Assembly: GCA_963771175.1 (NCBI GenBank)
Contig: CAVYSY010000028.1
Span: 1 to 64,000 of the forward strand
Direction of reading: 5' to 3'
Length of the DNA stretch: 64,000 nucleotides
Origin: an uncultured delta proteobacterium
GTDB taxonomy: Bacteria > Myxococcota > Myxococcia > Myxococcales > Myxococcaceae
The position numbers and the translations under genes were made by a program. The notes under the pieces were generated by a model that saw only the letters and a program-made list of their open reading frames with translations, searched no databases and was not told the DNA's origin. Shown here piece after piece: positions 1 through 9,534 of the stretch (within the stretch, counting starts at the first letter, position 1; each line of letters opens with the position of its first letter).

Positions 1-57
1 CACCCCAGACTGGACACTGCAGCAGAGCGCGACGCGGAGCATCCCCGCCTCCTAACC

Positions 58-538
58 CTACGAGTCGTCTGATACCTTTTCGGGCACTGCAGTTCCGCAC
101 AAGAAGCAGGCCAGGGGTCCCTCCCAACTTTCATCCACCTTCAGGGGAGTGTCAGGATGACATGGCACTTCCACGCGCCGCATATCGTTGGGCTCCAGCG
201 GAGGTTTGATGTCCGGCATACGTGTTTGCCTGGTGCGCACTTTTGTTTTTCAAGAGGCCGCCACTGGTGCGCCCCAGACGCTGGAAAGACTTTGCTATGC
301 GATCCAAAGCTGGCTCCATCACCTCCTTGGCGGCCACTCCTCGCGCGTATTCCAGTTGTGCGTGGGTCCACCACGTCTGGTGCCTGTCCATCACAGTGCA
401 GTACGGGCAAGTGTAAAGAGTTTGCTGGTCAATGCGGGTGAGCTTGGCTTTGAATTGGCGCAAGCACTTGGGGCACTCGCGGCGAATGAATCCATCGGCG
501 TCAACGGGGAAGGATACTGGGATATGAACGATGCTCAT
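58..538 (-). CDS. Zn-ribbon (CxxC-rich) hypothetical protein, one frameshift near 241-251
   Basis: From ATG 538: MSIVHIPVSFPVDADGFIRRECPKC...CPYC...WWT; continues in ORF 58..240 (EPNDM..VPCH..CFLCG). The frame switch falls in the T-run ttttgtttttt. Confidence 0.7.
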
Positions 539-674
539 AGGTACTTTTCCTAGTAGGACAGGGCATGTTGAGCATGCCCCAGTGAAGTTGTGGGATGCGG
601 CTGTCACTGCGCTCGCGACATGCCATCGCAAGTTAAGCAAGACGGGTTGATTGCGTGATCTCTCCGGAATTTCC

Positions 675-941
675 CTACGGTTGCATCACGTGCACTGAGG
701 CGTTGACATGGCCACCATATCCTCCCAGGTCAACCGTCACATGCCAATGACCAGGGTGCGGAGGCCGAATGATAGCGGGTGACTGCGTGTAACGCCCCCC
801 CAGGTAGCGATGTCGCGCCCCTCGCCGGAAGGCGCTAAAGTTGGTGCCATCCATTACCCGTACGTTGGCCGCATTGCCCGACAAATTCACGACGATGGCG
901 TCACCCGGCTTGGTGTCCACTTCGAAATGCAGAAATTTCAT
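675..941 (-). CDS. DUF1883 domain-containing protein
   Basis: 88 aa with NAANVRVMDGTNFSAFRRG..YLGG..SP....GHWHVTVDLGGYGG, the pattern I recognise for DUF1883. Confidence 0.8.
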   Translation of the reverse strand: MKFLHFEVDTKPGDAIVVNLSGNAANVRVMDGTNFSAFRRGARHRYLGGRYTQSPAIIRPPHPGHWHVTVDLGGYGGHVNASVHVMQP

Positions 942-1240
942 ACCGCACCCCGAGCCATGAGCTCAGGCTGGCAGTGGCCGCAGTTGCTGTACCTCACCTC
1001 TGCCAGATGCGGATCCGTGGCGGGGTCCCACCGCGTGATGTGGAGCTGCCAGCGCAAGCCATCCCACAGGTAATAACCGGCGAAGAAGTGCATGTGGGCG
1101 GCTACCATCGAATCGAGATTGTGGCTGCCGTGGCAGTTGCTGCCCGTGTAATGCACCTCGTGCGTGTGGTGATTCCACAGCAGGTTGAAGCCGAGCTGGT
1201 GCTTCAGTCGGATGGTCAGGTGATTCTGGTAATTCAGCAT
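938..1240 (-). CDS. Small His/Cys-rich protein, Ada-metal-binding-like Zn finger
   Basis: NHHTHEVH..C...YSNCGHCQP; 4-nt overlap with the DUF1883 gene; GGAG upstream of the ATG. Confidence 0.55.
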   Translation of the reverse strand: MLNYQNHLTIRLKHQLGFNLLWNHHTHEVHYTGSNCHGSHNLDSMVAAHMHFFAGYYLWDGLRWQLHITRWDPATDPHLAEVRYSNCGHCQPELMARGAV

Positions 1241-1380
1241 GATTTACGCTCCAATGTAGGTGGGGGCAGGAGAGTTCGGCCCCTCAACTAGTTGGTGCTG
1301 GGCAGACGGACACTTTCAGCAAGGGGCTGAAAAAAAGTCGCTGGCCAGCACCTTCCCTTGCCGAGGACGGGGCTGTTCGG

Positions 1381-1959
1381 ATGGAACGGGCGGTTGCCGA
1401 GCGGTTTGACAGAGAGTTTGAGAGCGCCCTGCTGAGGACCACTGCGTATGCGGTCCGACTATGTCGGGCGCTACATGGTGGCGAGATGTGGTCACAGGTG
1501 CGACAAAGAGCCGAGGAGTACGTGCATGAGGCCATCGCTCTTACCCTGGAGGGTACGCGACCTTGGATGCATGAGAGCGTGCCCCTAGCCGGTCATTTGT
1601 CAGGGGTAGTTCGTAGTCTCGTGTCCAATGAGGTGAGTAGTTCCTACATAAAGTTGCGTGACGCGAGAGCGTGGGAGGAAAGCGTGGAGATGAACGCAGA
1701 TGCGTCAATCCGGCGCCCCATCACTCCAGAGGAGTTCTACCTCTCGAAGGAAGCATGTGAGCAAATCGAGGAGGACGCCTACGATGCCGCAAGCACCGAT
1801 GACTCGCTCATCGCGTTCGTGCAAGCCGTTGCAGACGGGGCGTTTGAGGTGGGGGAAATAGCGAAGGCAAACAATGTTCCGCCCGAGCGCATTTACCTAG
1901 CTAAAGACAAGCTCAAGAAGCGCTACAAGGCTCTTCTCAAAAAGAGGCAGGCATCATGA
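1381..1959 (+). CDS. Divergent ECF sigma-factor-like protein
   Basis: AEEYVHEAIALTLEG.RPW...LAGHLSGVVRS (region 2-like) and C-terminal HTH VGEIAKANNVPPERIYLAKDKLKKR (region 4-like). Confidence 0.6.
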   Translation: MERAVAERFDREFESALLRTTAYAVRLCRALHGGEMWSQVRQRAEEYVHEAIALTLEGTRPWMHESVPLAGHLSGVVRSLVSNEVSSSYIKLRDARAWEESVEMNADASIRRPITPEEFYLSKEACEQIEEDAYDAASTDDSLIAFVQAVADGAFEVGEIAKANNVPPERIYLAKDKLKKRYKALLKKRQAS

Positions 1960-2396
1960 AAAAGCAGCTTACCTCCTCTCAGCAATTTGTTCAGCGGCTT
2001 GAATTGCTGGACGCGCTCGATGCCGAACTGCCCTCCAGCGATGCTGAGGCTGAGCGTATTCTGCGTGAGGCAGGAATTGACCCCAGGGCGCTTGTCGCAC
2101 GTGCGCGGAAGCATGTGCAAGAGACACGATGCCGCCTATCTCAGTCTCGCTTGGCTCAAGCATCTGAAACACGTGAAGCGGAGAGTTTGCGTCTGGTGGA
2201 TCAGGTGAAGGCATTTGCCTCCCTGAGCACTGAAGAATTGATGACTCGTGTTCGTGCGCTTGTGGAATCGCCACGGGGGCAACATCTTGCTGTGGCTCAC
2301 AAGGGACTGACTGGGCCATCTTCGCGTGAAGAGCTTGTGGCTCTTCTTGTTGAGTATGAACACTTAGCGAGCGAGAAGAGCAGTGGGCAAAAGTGA
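1956..2396 (+). CDS. Helical hypothetical protein, candidate anti-sigma / protease substrate
   Basis: 146-aa ORF with ATGA overlap to the sigma-like gene and overlap with the peptidase gene. Function inferred from position only. Confidence 0.6.
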   Translation: MKKQLTSSQQFVQRLELLDALDAELPSSDAEAERILREAGIDPRALVARARKHVQETRCRLSQSRLAQASETREAESLRLVDQVKAFASLSTEELMTRVRALVESPRGQHLAVAHKGLTGPSSREELVALLVEYEHLASEKSSGQK

Positions 2397-3177
2397 TGCT
2401 GATATCGCACGTGGCGAGAGGCGAGCCCGTGCAGTGCTTGCCCAAGAGGGGCTTGCCCATCTTGGCGACATAAACATCGAGGATTTTGCATATCTTCGTG
2501 GTGCGCTAGTGCGTAATTTCCCGCTCAAGGGCTGCGAAGGTCGTCTTGCGCGGCTCGGCTCTCGTGCCGTCATCAGCGTCAGCGCCTCAATTGAGTATGA
2601 GCCTCGACGCCGTTTCGTTATCGCTCACGAGTTGGGTCATTTGGAGTTGCATGAGGAGCACAATCAATTAGAACTCTCCTTGTGTGATGAGGATGTCATC
2701 AGTGAACTGTATGATCTAGGCACTGAGCAGGAAGCCAACGCATTTGCCTCTGAGCTCTTAATGCCTAGCGAGGTATGGAGAAAATGTTGCGATGTTGCCC
2801 ACCCTTCGCTTGACTACGTGTCTGAACTTGCTCGGAAGTTCAAGGTCAGCTTTACTGCGGCTGCTATTCGCTTTGCAAGGTTTAGTGGCGAGCGTTGCTG
2901 CGTCGTCTATTCTAAAGATGGAGTAGTCAAGTGGGCTGCGGCGGGACCCGACTTTCACTACTGGATAGAGCGTGGCGCGCACCTTCGTCCAGCAACACTT
3001 GCTAGCGACTACTTCCGAAAGGGCGGTTGTCGTGCGGAGCCAGAGGAGGTTGCGGCTTCAGCTTGGTTGGAATCTCCCGATGCTCGTGGCGAAGAGCTAT
3101 GGGAGCATAGTCGAGTCATTTCATCGCAAAAGGCTGTTTTGTCGCTGCTATGGATCCCAGAAGGGTCTGAATTTTGA
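2383..3177 (+). CDS. ImmA/IrrE-family metallo-endopeptidase (DUF955)
   Basis: RRRFVIAHELGH (HExxH), EQEANAFASELLMP, HTH LARKFKVSFTAAAIRF and an IrrE-like C-terminal domain. Confidence 0.9.
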   Translation: MGKSDADIARGERRARAVLAQEGLAHLGDINIEDFAYLRGALVRNFPLKGCEGRLARLGSRAVISVSASIEYEPRRRFVIAHELGHLELHEEHNQLELSLCDEDVISELYDLGTEQEANAFASELLMPSEVWRKCCDVAHPSLDYVSELARKFKVSFTAAAIRFARFSGERCCVVYSKDGVVKWAAAGPDFHYWIERGAHLRPATLASDYFRKGGCRAEPEEVAASAWLESPDARGEELWEHSRVISSQKAVLSLLWIPEGSEF

Positions 3178-3311
3178 AATCGACTTCCACTACTTTAGAG
3201 CCGGCGAGAGTCACGGTTCTGTGGTTTTTGGTTGAGTCGGTGGAATGGGAGCCAAGCTTCACTCATGAACCAATTCCTTGACAATGCTTCAGCAATTCTG
3301 CGTGCTCCGGG

Positions 3312-3369
3312 GAAGGTGTCAAAGGATTCGTTCCGACGCCTCGCGCCCTACGAATCGTCTGACACCTTC
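3312..3369. repeat. REP-like inverted doublet (19-bp arms, 20-nt spacer)
   Basis: gaaggtgtcaaaggattcg-N20-cgaatcgtctgacaccttc; 3340-3369 matches 30212-30241 at 28/30 nt. Confidence 0.8.
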
Positions 3370-3418
3370 GGCCGGCGCCCATGACCATTCGCCGGATGCG
3401 AATCACGGAGCCGGCGAT

Positions 3419-4262
3419 TCACTTCCCGAGCTGGTTCAAGAGCAGGCTCACGAAGCCGACCACGTCGGCTTGGTTGTCGTCATCGGGCCGGCCTTCGAGG
3501 AAGTGAGCGACCCGCATTGGGCCGAGGCTATCCTGGGTCAGGAAGTCCTCGCGGAGGATCGTGAGCGCCTTGATGCAGTGCTCGTCCTGCAAGAGGGGCA
3601 GCATCCGTTGGACGATGTCCTCCACGCCTTGTCCGAAGTATTTGAGGACGTAGAACAGATCGTAGGCGTCCTTGTTCGTTCCCCGGATCCTGAACGCCAG
3701 CGCTTTGAGGACGATGAAAGCACCCGCACCGCATACCCAGAGGTGACGGTGGGCACGCTCCCCCCGGATCGTGATGTCGTTCATCTCCACGCGGACACGG
3801 TCCCTGAACGCCAGATGGAGCCCGCCGGGCATGATGATGGCCGCGAAATCCGGCTCGAGGTTGCGCAGCTTGCCGGGCTGGTCATCAGCGCGCGTGGGCT
3901 GAATAAGGAAGTCCAGTGTCATCCGGCCCTGTTCGTATCGATTCCCCACGTCTGGCGCGAAAGCCGTCCGTTCCCGTTCGGGGCTTGCGTGAAGCCCGCT
4001 CCCCTCAGCCGTTCGGCGATCTCCTGGTATCGCTCCTCGTCGAACACCGCGATAGATAGACCGAGGTCGAGGTCCGGGTTCCGGCGTGCACCTCCACGGA
4101 ATCGTCTTGGGGGGTGATGAGCAGCGAGGGGACGAGCCCACCGACGACGGTGATCTCCTCGATGAGATCACCCAGGACGGTCGCCACGTAGAGACAGGTG
4201 GCTCGGGCGAGCAGGGCCAGCTCCGGCGGATATCCCGCGCGCGTCTGCGGCTTCTCAGCCAT
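3419..4262 (-). pseudogene. Type IV TA nucleotidyltransferase toxin (AbiEii-like), at least 2 frameshifts (real or sequencing error)
   Basis: ITVVGGLVPSLL..HAGT/DLDLGL (across a frameshift)..AFIVLKALAF..KDAYDLFY; start overlaps the antitoxin stop. Confidence 0.8.
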
Positions 4263-5299
4263 GAAGACTCCAGGCGAGCTGCTTGTGGCGGAGATCCTCC
4301 GCCGCCTCCTGTGCGCGCTCGGGCATGGCGAGTAGATCCAGGTAGGTCTGTACGCCGCTGACGCAACGAATACCTCGATGTCGACGGCTCCGTCGAAGAC
4401 ACCCCGGTAATCGGGCAGGATAGCCAGACATCGGCGCCTCGCTCCTCCTGCCTGAAATGGAGCAGGTCCAACGAGGGCAGTTGCTGCACGTCGACCGTCA
4501 CGACCCGGAAACCGGCGAACCCTGCGTGCAGCCACGCGGACGCAAGCCCCGTTGCGGCATGGGGGATCGAGCCTCTCCCTCAGCGAGCCCGTGAGCGTGC
4601 CAGCGGCATCTGGGGAGAGCGCGTCGGGATATGGCCTCGGACAACATTGTGGCGGTTAAACGAGTACGCCTTTCGCCAGGCCTCCAGGAGCAGGCCGGGA
4701 TTCCTGACCCGGAGGGCACCGTCCTCTCGTGAGAGGAACCCCTCGCTCTCGAGCTGTCGAACAATGCGACTGACGAAACCTTCCCCCAGCCCCGTCTCCT
4801 GGGCGAGCTCCCGTTGGCGGAAAACCCGGGTGGGATCGAGCAGCAGGTGGCGTGTCACACGGGCGCTCTTGGGCGCGAAGACATTCGCGGGGCGGCCTGG
4901 CTTTCGATGCCGATTGGGGCGGCCCTCGATCCGGACGCGGAGACCCGACCCATGGAGATTGGCGTTCCCAGCCAAGTCGATCCAGGACACAGCTGCGGAA
5001 CGGCAGAGCTGCTTGCCGACTTCCCCCATGAAGGGGACCGCGATGACGGGAATGGCGGGCTTGTAGTTGCGCCACACGCGCACTCGCTTCAGTTGCTCGA
5101 TTCCCATCTCAAGGCTTCGGGCACTTGCCGAGGGTTTGCACTCCACCAGGAACAGGTGCTCGGGGCCCTCAACGATGAGATCCACCTGCTTCAGAGTAGG
5201 GGGGCCGATGTTGGAGGTGCCCTCGTAGGGACGCAGGGGCTCCTCCAGGACCTCCGTTAGCACGGCAAGGGCTTCTTCTTCAAAGTCCCGGTCCATCAT
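4255..5299 (-). pseudogene. Type IV TA AbiEi-family antitoxin (winged HTH), about 3 frameshifts in the 3' third
   Basis: WIDLAGNA, wHTH FRQRELAQETGLGEGFVSRIVRQLESEG, LLEAW; reconstructed end RCVSGVQTYLDLLAMPERAQEAAEDL..HG* at 4255. Confidence 0.8.
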
Positions 5300-5719
5300 T
5301 TCTTCACTAAATACACCGATTTGAGTACTTAGTAAAGTAGGGACATTAAGTAAAGGTGGCTCCAAGCTATTGATTTTAAAGGAGGTTGTTGGAGCTGCTT
5401 CACTCAATTCTTTAACTTCACGGTGCGGTGTAGAGGAGGATTTAAGTGAAGCGGCCGGGGGAGCGTGCCCCTGGTTGACCGCCGTGAGGCAGCCCGGGGC
5501 CGCAGGGGTTGTGGGGCCGGAGTTCCACCAACCTCCGGCGCAGGTTCTCCGCGAGCGAGGACGGGACCCCCGCGCGCTCCCTCAAGTGAGGGCAAAGCCG
5601 AAGAGTTAGGAGGAATGGGGGCCCTGTTGAGGGGCGGGCTGATGTAGCAGGGGCCGAGAAAGGGCCGCTGACGGGTGTCACGCAGGCTGTGCGCCGGGCC
5701 AGTGCAGAAGCCGTGCAGG

Positions 5720-5869
5720 CCCCTTGGGGCACACCCCGCCCAAGCCGCCCTCCCCTCAGGGGCCGGCAGAAGGTGTCAGAGGATTTGTACAGCCCCCTTG
5801 GGGCACACCCCGCCCAAGCCGCCCTCCCCTCAGGGGCGCCGGCAGAAGGTGTCAGAGGATTTGTACAGC
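5720..5869 (+). repeat. Tandem duplication (74 + 76 bp), each copy ending in the REP-like motif
   Basis: ccccttggggcacaccccgcccaagcc...gaaggtgtcagaggatttgtacagc at 5720-5793 and 5794-5869, differing by a 2-nt indel. Confidence 0.95.
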
Positions 5870-6045
5870 AGGGCGCTCCCGCCTGGCTCGTGGAGAAAAC
5901 GGGGCCCGCCGTCCCCGCGCAGAAGGAGTACACCCTCGCCCAGGTCCGCGAGGACTTCTGACTCCTGGGTGAGCAGCTCCGTCATGAGGGGCACCGCAGA
6001 TGGCAACTGCTCTCCGGCGGCGGGGTCGGTCCCGCCGACTCGGGC

Positions 6046-7327
6046 CTACTTGTCGAGCACCATGGTGCGGATGAAGCCCTTGGGGTGCCGGGCGTAGGAG
6101 CGCAGGTGCATGGCCACGTCCACCATCCACGGCACCCAGTCCCCCGTGTCGATGACCGCGTCCACCGCACGCTCCCGGTTGCGCGCGTACCACTCGCGCC
6201 AGTGCTTCACCTCGTCCGACGACAGCCGGCCCGACAGGCCCTGCGCCCTCAACAGCAGCTCGAAGATGCCCCGGTGGCAGTAGATGTACTGGCCCCCGCC
6301 CTTCCACGACAGCGCCTCGCGCGACACCTCGGCGAGCTGCGCCTCGTGGCCGCACGCCGCCTCGTACACCATCAGCGGCAGCGGGCTTGCCCCGCGCGAT
6401 GTCGAAGCCCATCTGGCTGTAGAAGCGCGGGTTGAAGTCGATGAGGAGCTGCTTGCCTCCGGCTCGGATGAACTCCAACTCGAACGTGCCGTGGTAGCCG
6501 AGCTTCTTGCACAGCGCTCGCAGCTTCTCGGCGAGCACCGGCTCCACCGGCACCTCCTCGAAGCACAGGCCGATGCCCAGCTTGCGCGGACGCTGCAGCA
6601 CCTTCACCGCCCCGCGCGCCACGAACAGCTCGCCCGTCCGGTCCACGAAGCCGCTCAGGCTGAAGATGTTCTGCGCCGCCTCCGGGTAGAAGGCCTGCAC
6701 CATCGGCCGGTTCGCCTTCGGGTCCTGGTCCAGCAGCTTGCGCCCGTACCGGTTGCGCTCCAGGAACTCCCGGTAGCGCGGCAGCAGCTCGCTCGCGCGC
6801 TCCACCTGCGCGCCCTTCACGTGGCTCTCGAACAGAATCTGCGTCTGCGGCTTGAGCAGCACCGGGAAGCGCGCCTCGGCCGCCACCCGCTCGAGGTCCT
6901 TCTCGCCCTCGGGGAACCACGTCTCCGGCACGTCCAGCCCCACGTCCTTGCACAGGTCGTGCAGCCGCTGCTTGTTCAGCAGCCCGTAGATGACGTCCAC
7001 GCCCGGCTGGTACATGAGGAAGTGCCGCCCCAGCTCCTCGCGGTGCAGGGCGAACAGCCACGCCATGTCATCGCTCGTCGGGTAGAGCACGTGGCCGGGC
7101 TCCCGCTCGCCGAAGCGCATCAGCCACTCCAGGAAGGCGTCCGAGTCGCCCACGTCCGGGCACTCCACCCGGCGCGTCACGTAGCGGCTCCAGCGCGCGG
7201 GCGCCAGCAGCTTGGACTCGGCCACCGTGATGGGGATTCCCAGCCGGCCCAGGCAGCGGACCGCGGCCAGCGTGCCGTAATAGTCGGCCATCGTCAGCAG
7301 GATGGGAGGACGGGCCAGTGTCGTCAT
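6046..7327 (-). CDS. ATP-grasp (carboxylate-amine ligase-like) protein, frameshift near 6385
   Basis: LYPTSD, LNKQRLHDLC..VPET, FPVLLKP, GYHGTFELEF, LIDFNPRF; C-terminus continues in ORF 6046..6372. Confidence 0.85.
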
Positions 7328-7349
7328 GGGTTGCATTCCTCGGGTGTGA

Positions 7350-8489
7350 CTAGCTCGGGCTCGCCGGGGTGCTCACCACCGGTTGCGGAGCGGGCGCCGG
7401 CTTCTTCTCGCCGCGCCAGTCGAAGCGGTCCTTCAGCTTCAGGAAGGGAGTCTCGAAGTAGCGGTAGCTCAGCGTGGCCAGCCCGATGCTCAGCGCCAGC
7501 GTCAGCACGTAGTAGACCGCCTCGTTGTGGAACGGCACCACCCGCCGCACGATGTTCAGCGAAATCATGTGCAGGAGGTAGATGCCATACGTGATGGAGC
7601 CCATGTAGCGCAGCCACGCGTGGTCCACCAGCGGCGCCAGCACATGGTTGGGGCGGATGCACATGGCCACCACCATCACCGTGAGCAGCAGCGAGGACAG
7701 CCACAGCGGCGTGTCGTACCGGTAGATGGCCACCGACACCAGCAGCACCACCACCGGCACGCTCCACGCCTGCCCCAGCACCTTCCACGTCCACTCGAAC
7801 GTCTTCGGGTAGTGCGTCAGGTACGCCGCCAGGCACCCCATGCAGATGGAGATGGAGACGCTGGCGAGGATGCGCACCCACAAGTGCGTCGTGTCGAGGT
7901 AGCCCGTCGTCACGCCCCAGTGCGCGAACAGCCCCAGGCCCAGCAGCCCCGACATGAAGACCACCGGCCCCCAGGCGCTCTTGAAGGCGCGCACCACGAA
8001 GGGCCACATCAGATAGAACTGCTCCTCGGTGGCCATCGACCACGCGAAGTAGAAGATGATGCGGCCCTCTTCCAACGGGATGAACCAGTTGGAGGTGTAC
8101 GTCAGGTAGTAGGGCACGTTGTCGAAGAACGCCCCTCGCACCAGCGGGTCCTTCTCCAGGAAGAACACCAGCACGATGTAGAGGAACGTCACCGCGTAGT
8201 AGAGCGGGAAGATGCGCAGCGACCGCCGCGCGTAGAAGCCCTTGAGCGAGATGCTTCCCGTCTTCGCCCGCTCGCGCAGCAGCAGCGTGGTGATGAGGAA
8301 GCCACTGATGGCGAAGAAGAGCGAGACGCTCAGGTAGAAGCGGCCGATGAGCCCCTGCCGAGCCTCCAGCACGTGGTAGAGCACCACCGCCAGAATCGCG
8401 ATGGCGCGCAGCCCGTCCAGGGCGCCAAAGGTCTTCGTACGCAGGAAGGACTGATGAGCGGCTTGGGCGGAGTCCATGTCTTGACGCAT
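7350..8489 (-). CDS. Acyltransferase family 3 (O-acyltransferase), integral membrane
   Basis: LDGLRAIA, FFAISGFLIT, FYARRSLRIFP, WSMATEEQFY, YGIYLLH, SYRYFETPFL. Confidence 0.92.
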   Translation of the reverse strand: MRQDMDSAQAAHQSFLRTKTFGALDGLRAIAILAVVLYHVLEARQGLIGRFYLSVSLFFAISGFLITTLLLRERAKTGSISLKGFYARRSLRIFPLYYAVTFLYIVLVFFLEKDPLVRGAFFDNVPYYLTYTSNWFIPLEEGRIIFYFAWSMATEEQFYLMWPFVVRAFKSAWGPVVFMSGLLGLGLFAHWGVTTGYLDTTHLWVRILASVSISICMGCLAAYLTHYPKTFEWTWKVLGQAWSVPVVVLLVSVAIYRYDTPLWLSSLLLTVMVVAMCIRPNHVLAPLVDHAWLRYMGSITYGIYLLHMISLNIVRRVVPFHNEAVYYVLTLALSIGLATLSYRYFETPFLKLKDRFDWRGEKKPAPAPQPVVSTPASPS

Positions 8490-8555
8490 TAGATACCCCC
8501 TATTCCCCACCGGCCACAGCGGGGAGGAGGGCGGTCCCCCAGCGAACATCCGGCA

Positions 8556-9335
8556 TTACGTCCGGCCGCCCGGCTGCTCACCTTCGCCCACCACCTTCAC
8601 CTCGGCCACGTGGGTGAAGAAGACGGGAATTCCCAGCACGTACCGGCGGAACAGTCGCTTGGGCTCCACCGCCAGGCGGAACAGCCACTCCATCCCCACC
8701 TGCCTCATCACCGCCGGCGCTCGCGGCACCTTGCCGCCCATGTAGTCCAGGATGGCGCCCCCATTCACGATGAGCACCGGGTGCGCGAGGGCCTCGCGCA
8801 GCTTCACCGACACCTCCTCCTGCTTGGGCATGCCCATCGCCATGAGGATGAGGTCCGGCTTCGTCTCGGCCGCCAGCTTCACGTACGTCTCCGGCGGGTC
8901 GAACCCCTCCTGGCACGCCACGATGGTGAGCCCCATCTCCTCCAGCTTGCGCCGCGCGGAGTCCAGCCACGGCGCGCGCGTGCCGAAGAGCGCCGCCTTC
9001 CTCCCCTGGAACCGGCTCGCAATCCTCGGGATGAAGTCCGTGCCGTTCATGTTCAGCCCGAACGGCCGCTGGAAGGCCTTGAGGCCCAGCTTCACCCCAA
9101 TCCCATCGCGCAGCAGCATGTCCGAGCGGAACAGCCCTTCCAGCATGCCTGGTTGATTCCAGCCCAGGTTCATCGCGTGCGCGTTGACGAAGGAGAGGAT
9201 GAAGGGGCGCTCGGGTCGGGCGAGCTCGTCGAGCAGCGCCTCCTCCGCCGCCTCGTCTTCAATGATGCGGATGCGGTCCAGCAGCTCGATGAAGCTGCGC
9301 GCCCGCTCGGACCTCGTGCCCTCCTGGCTCTGCAT
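8556..9335 (-). CDS. WecB/TagA/CpsF family glycosyltransferase
   Basis: FVNAH, LRDGIG, NGTDF, MGMPKQE, GMEWLFRLAVEPKRLFRRY; GAGGAGGAG SD before ATG 9335. Confidence 0.92.
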   Translation of the reverse strand: MQSQEGTRSERARSFIELLDRIRIIEDEAAEEALLDELARPERPFILSFVNAHAMNLGWNQPGMLEGLFRSDMLLRDGIGVKLGLKAFQRPFGLNMNGTDFIPRIASRFQGRKAALFGTRAPWLDSARRKLEEMGLTIVACQEGFDPPETYVKLAAETKPDLILMAMGMPKQEEVSVKLREALAHPVLIVNGGAILDYMGGKVPRAPAVMRQVGMEWLFRLAVEPKRLFRRYVLGIPVFFTHVAEVKVVGEGEQPGGRT

Positions 9336-9534
9336 GACTCCTCCTCGGCCTCCGAGGATAGTGGAGCGGGCCGGACACCGGAACGACTTGTCGCGCGGTG
9401 TGCCCGACTCCACTCCGGGTTGGGGGAGCCCGCCTCCGGGCGCCGAGTGTCCGCCCCCCACTGGCTCCGCCCGAAACCCCGCCGCCGGGTGAACGACTGC
9501 GTGTGCCTGCCCCGAGGTGACGGGACACTGAGCA

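Noticed and set aside
241..251. Programmed frameshift or phase variation in the Zn-ribbon gene
   Set aside because: The homopolymer is short and the window has many other indels, so sequencing error is the simpler explanation.
3340..3369. Xer/dif or integron attC interpretation of the repeated motif
   Set aside because: No 11-6-11 dif symmetry, no RYYYAAC/GTTRRRY ends, and no tyrosine recombinase in the window.
5720..5869. Possible CRISPR array
   Set aside because: Only two contiguous ~75-bp copies with no unique spacer and no cas genes.
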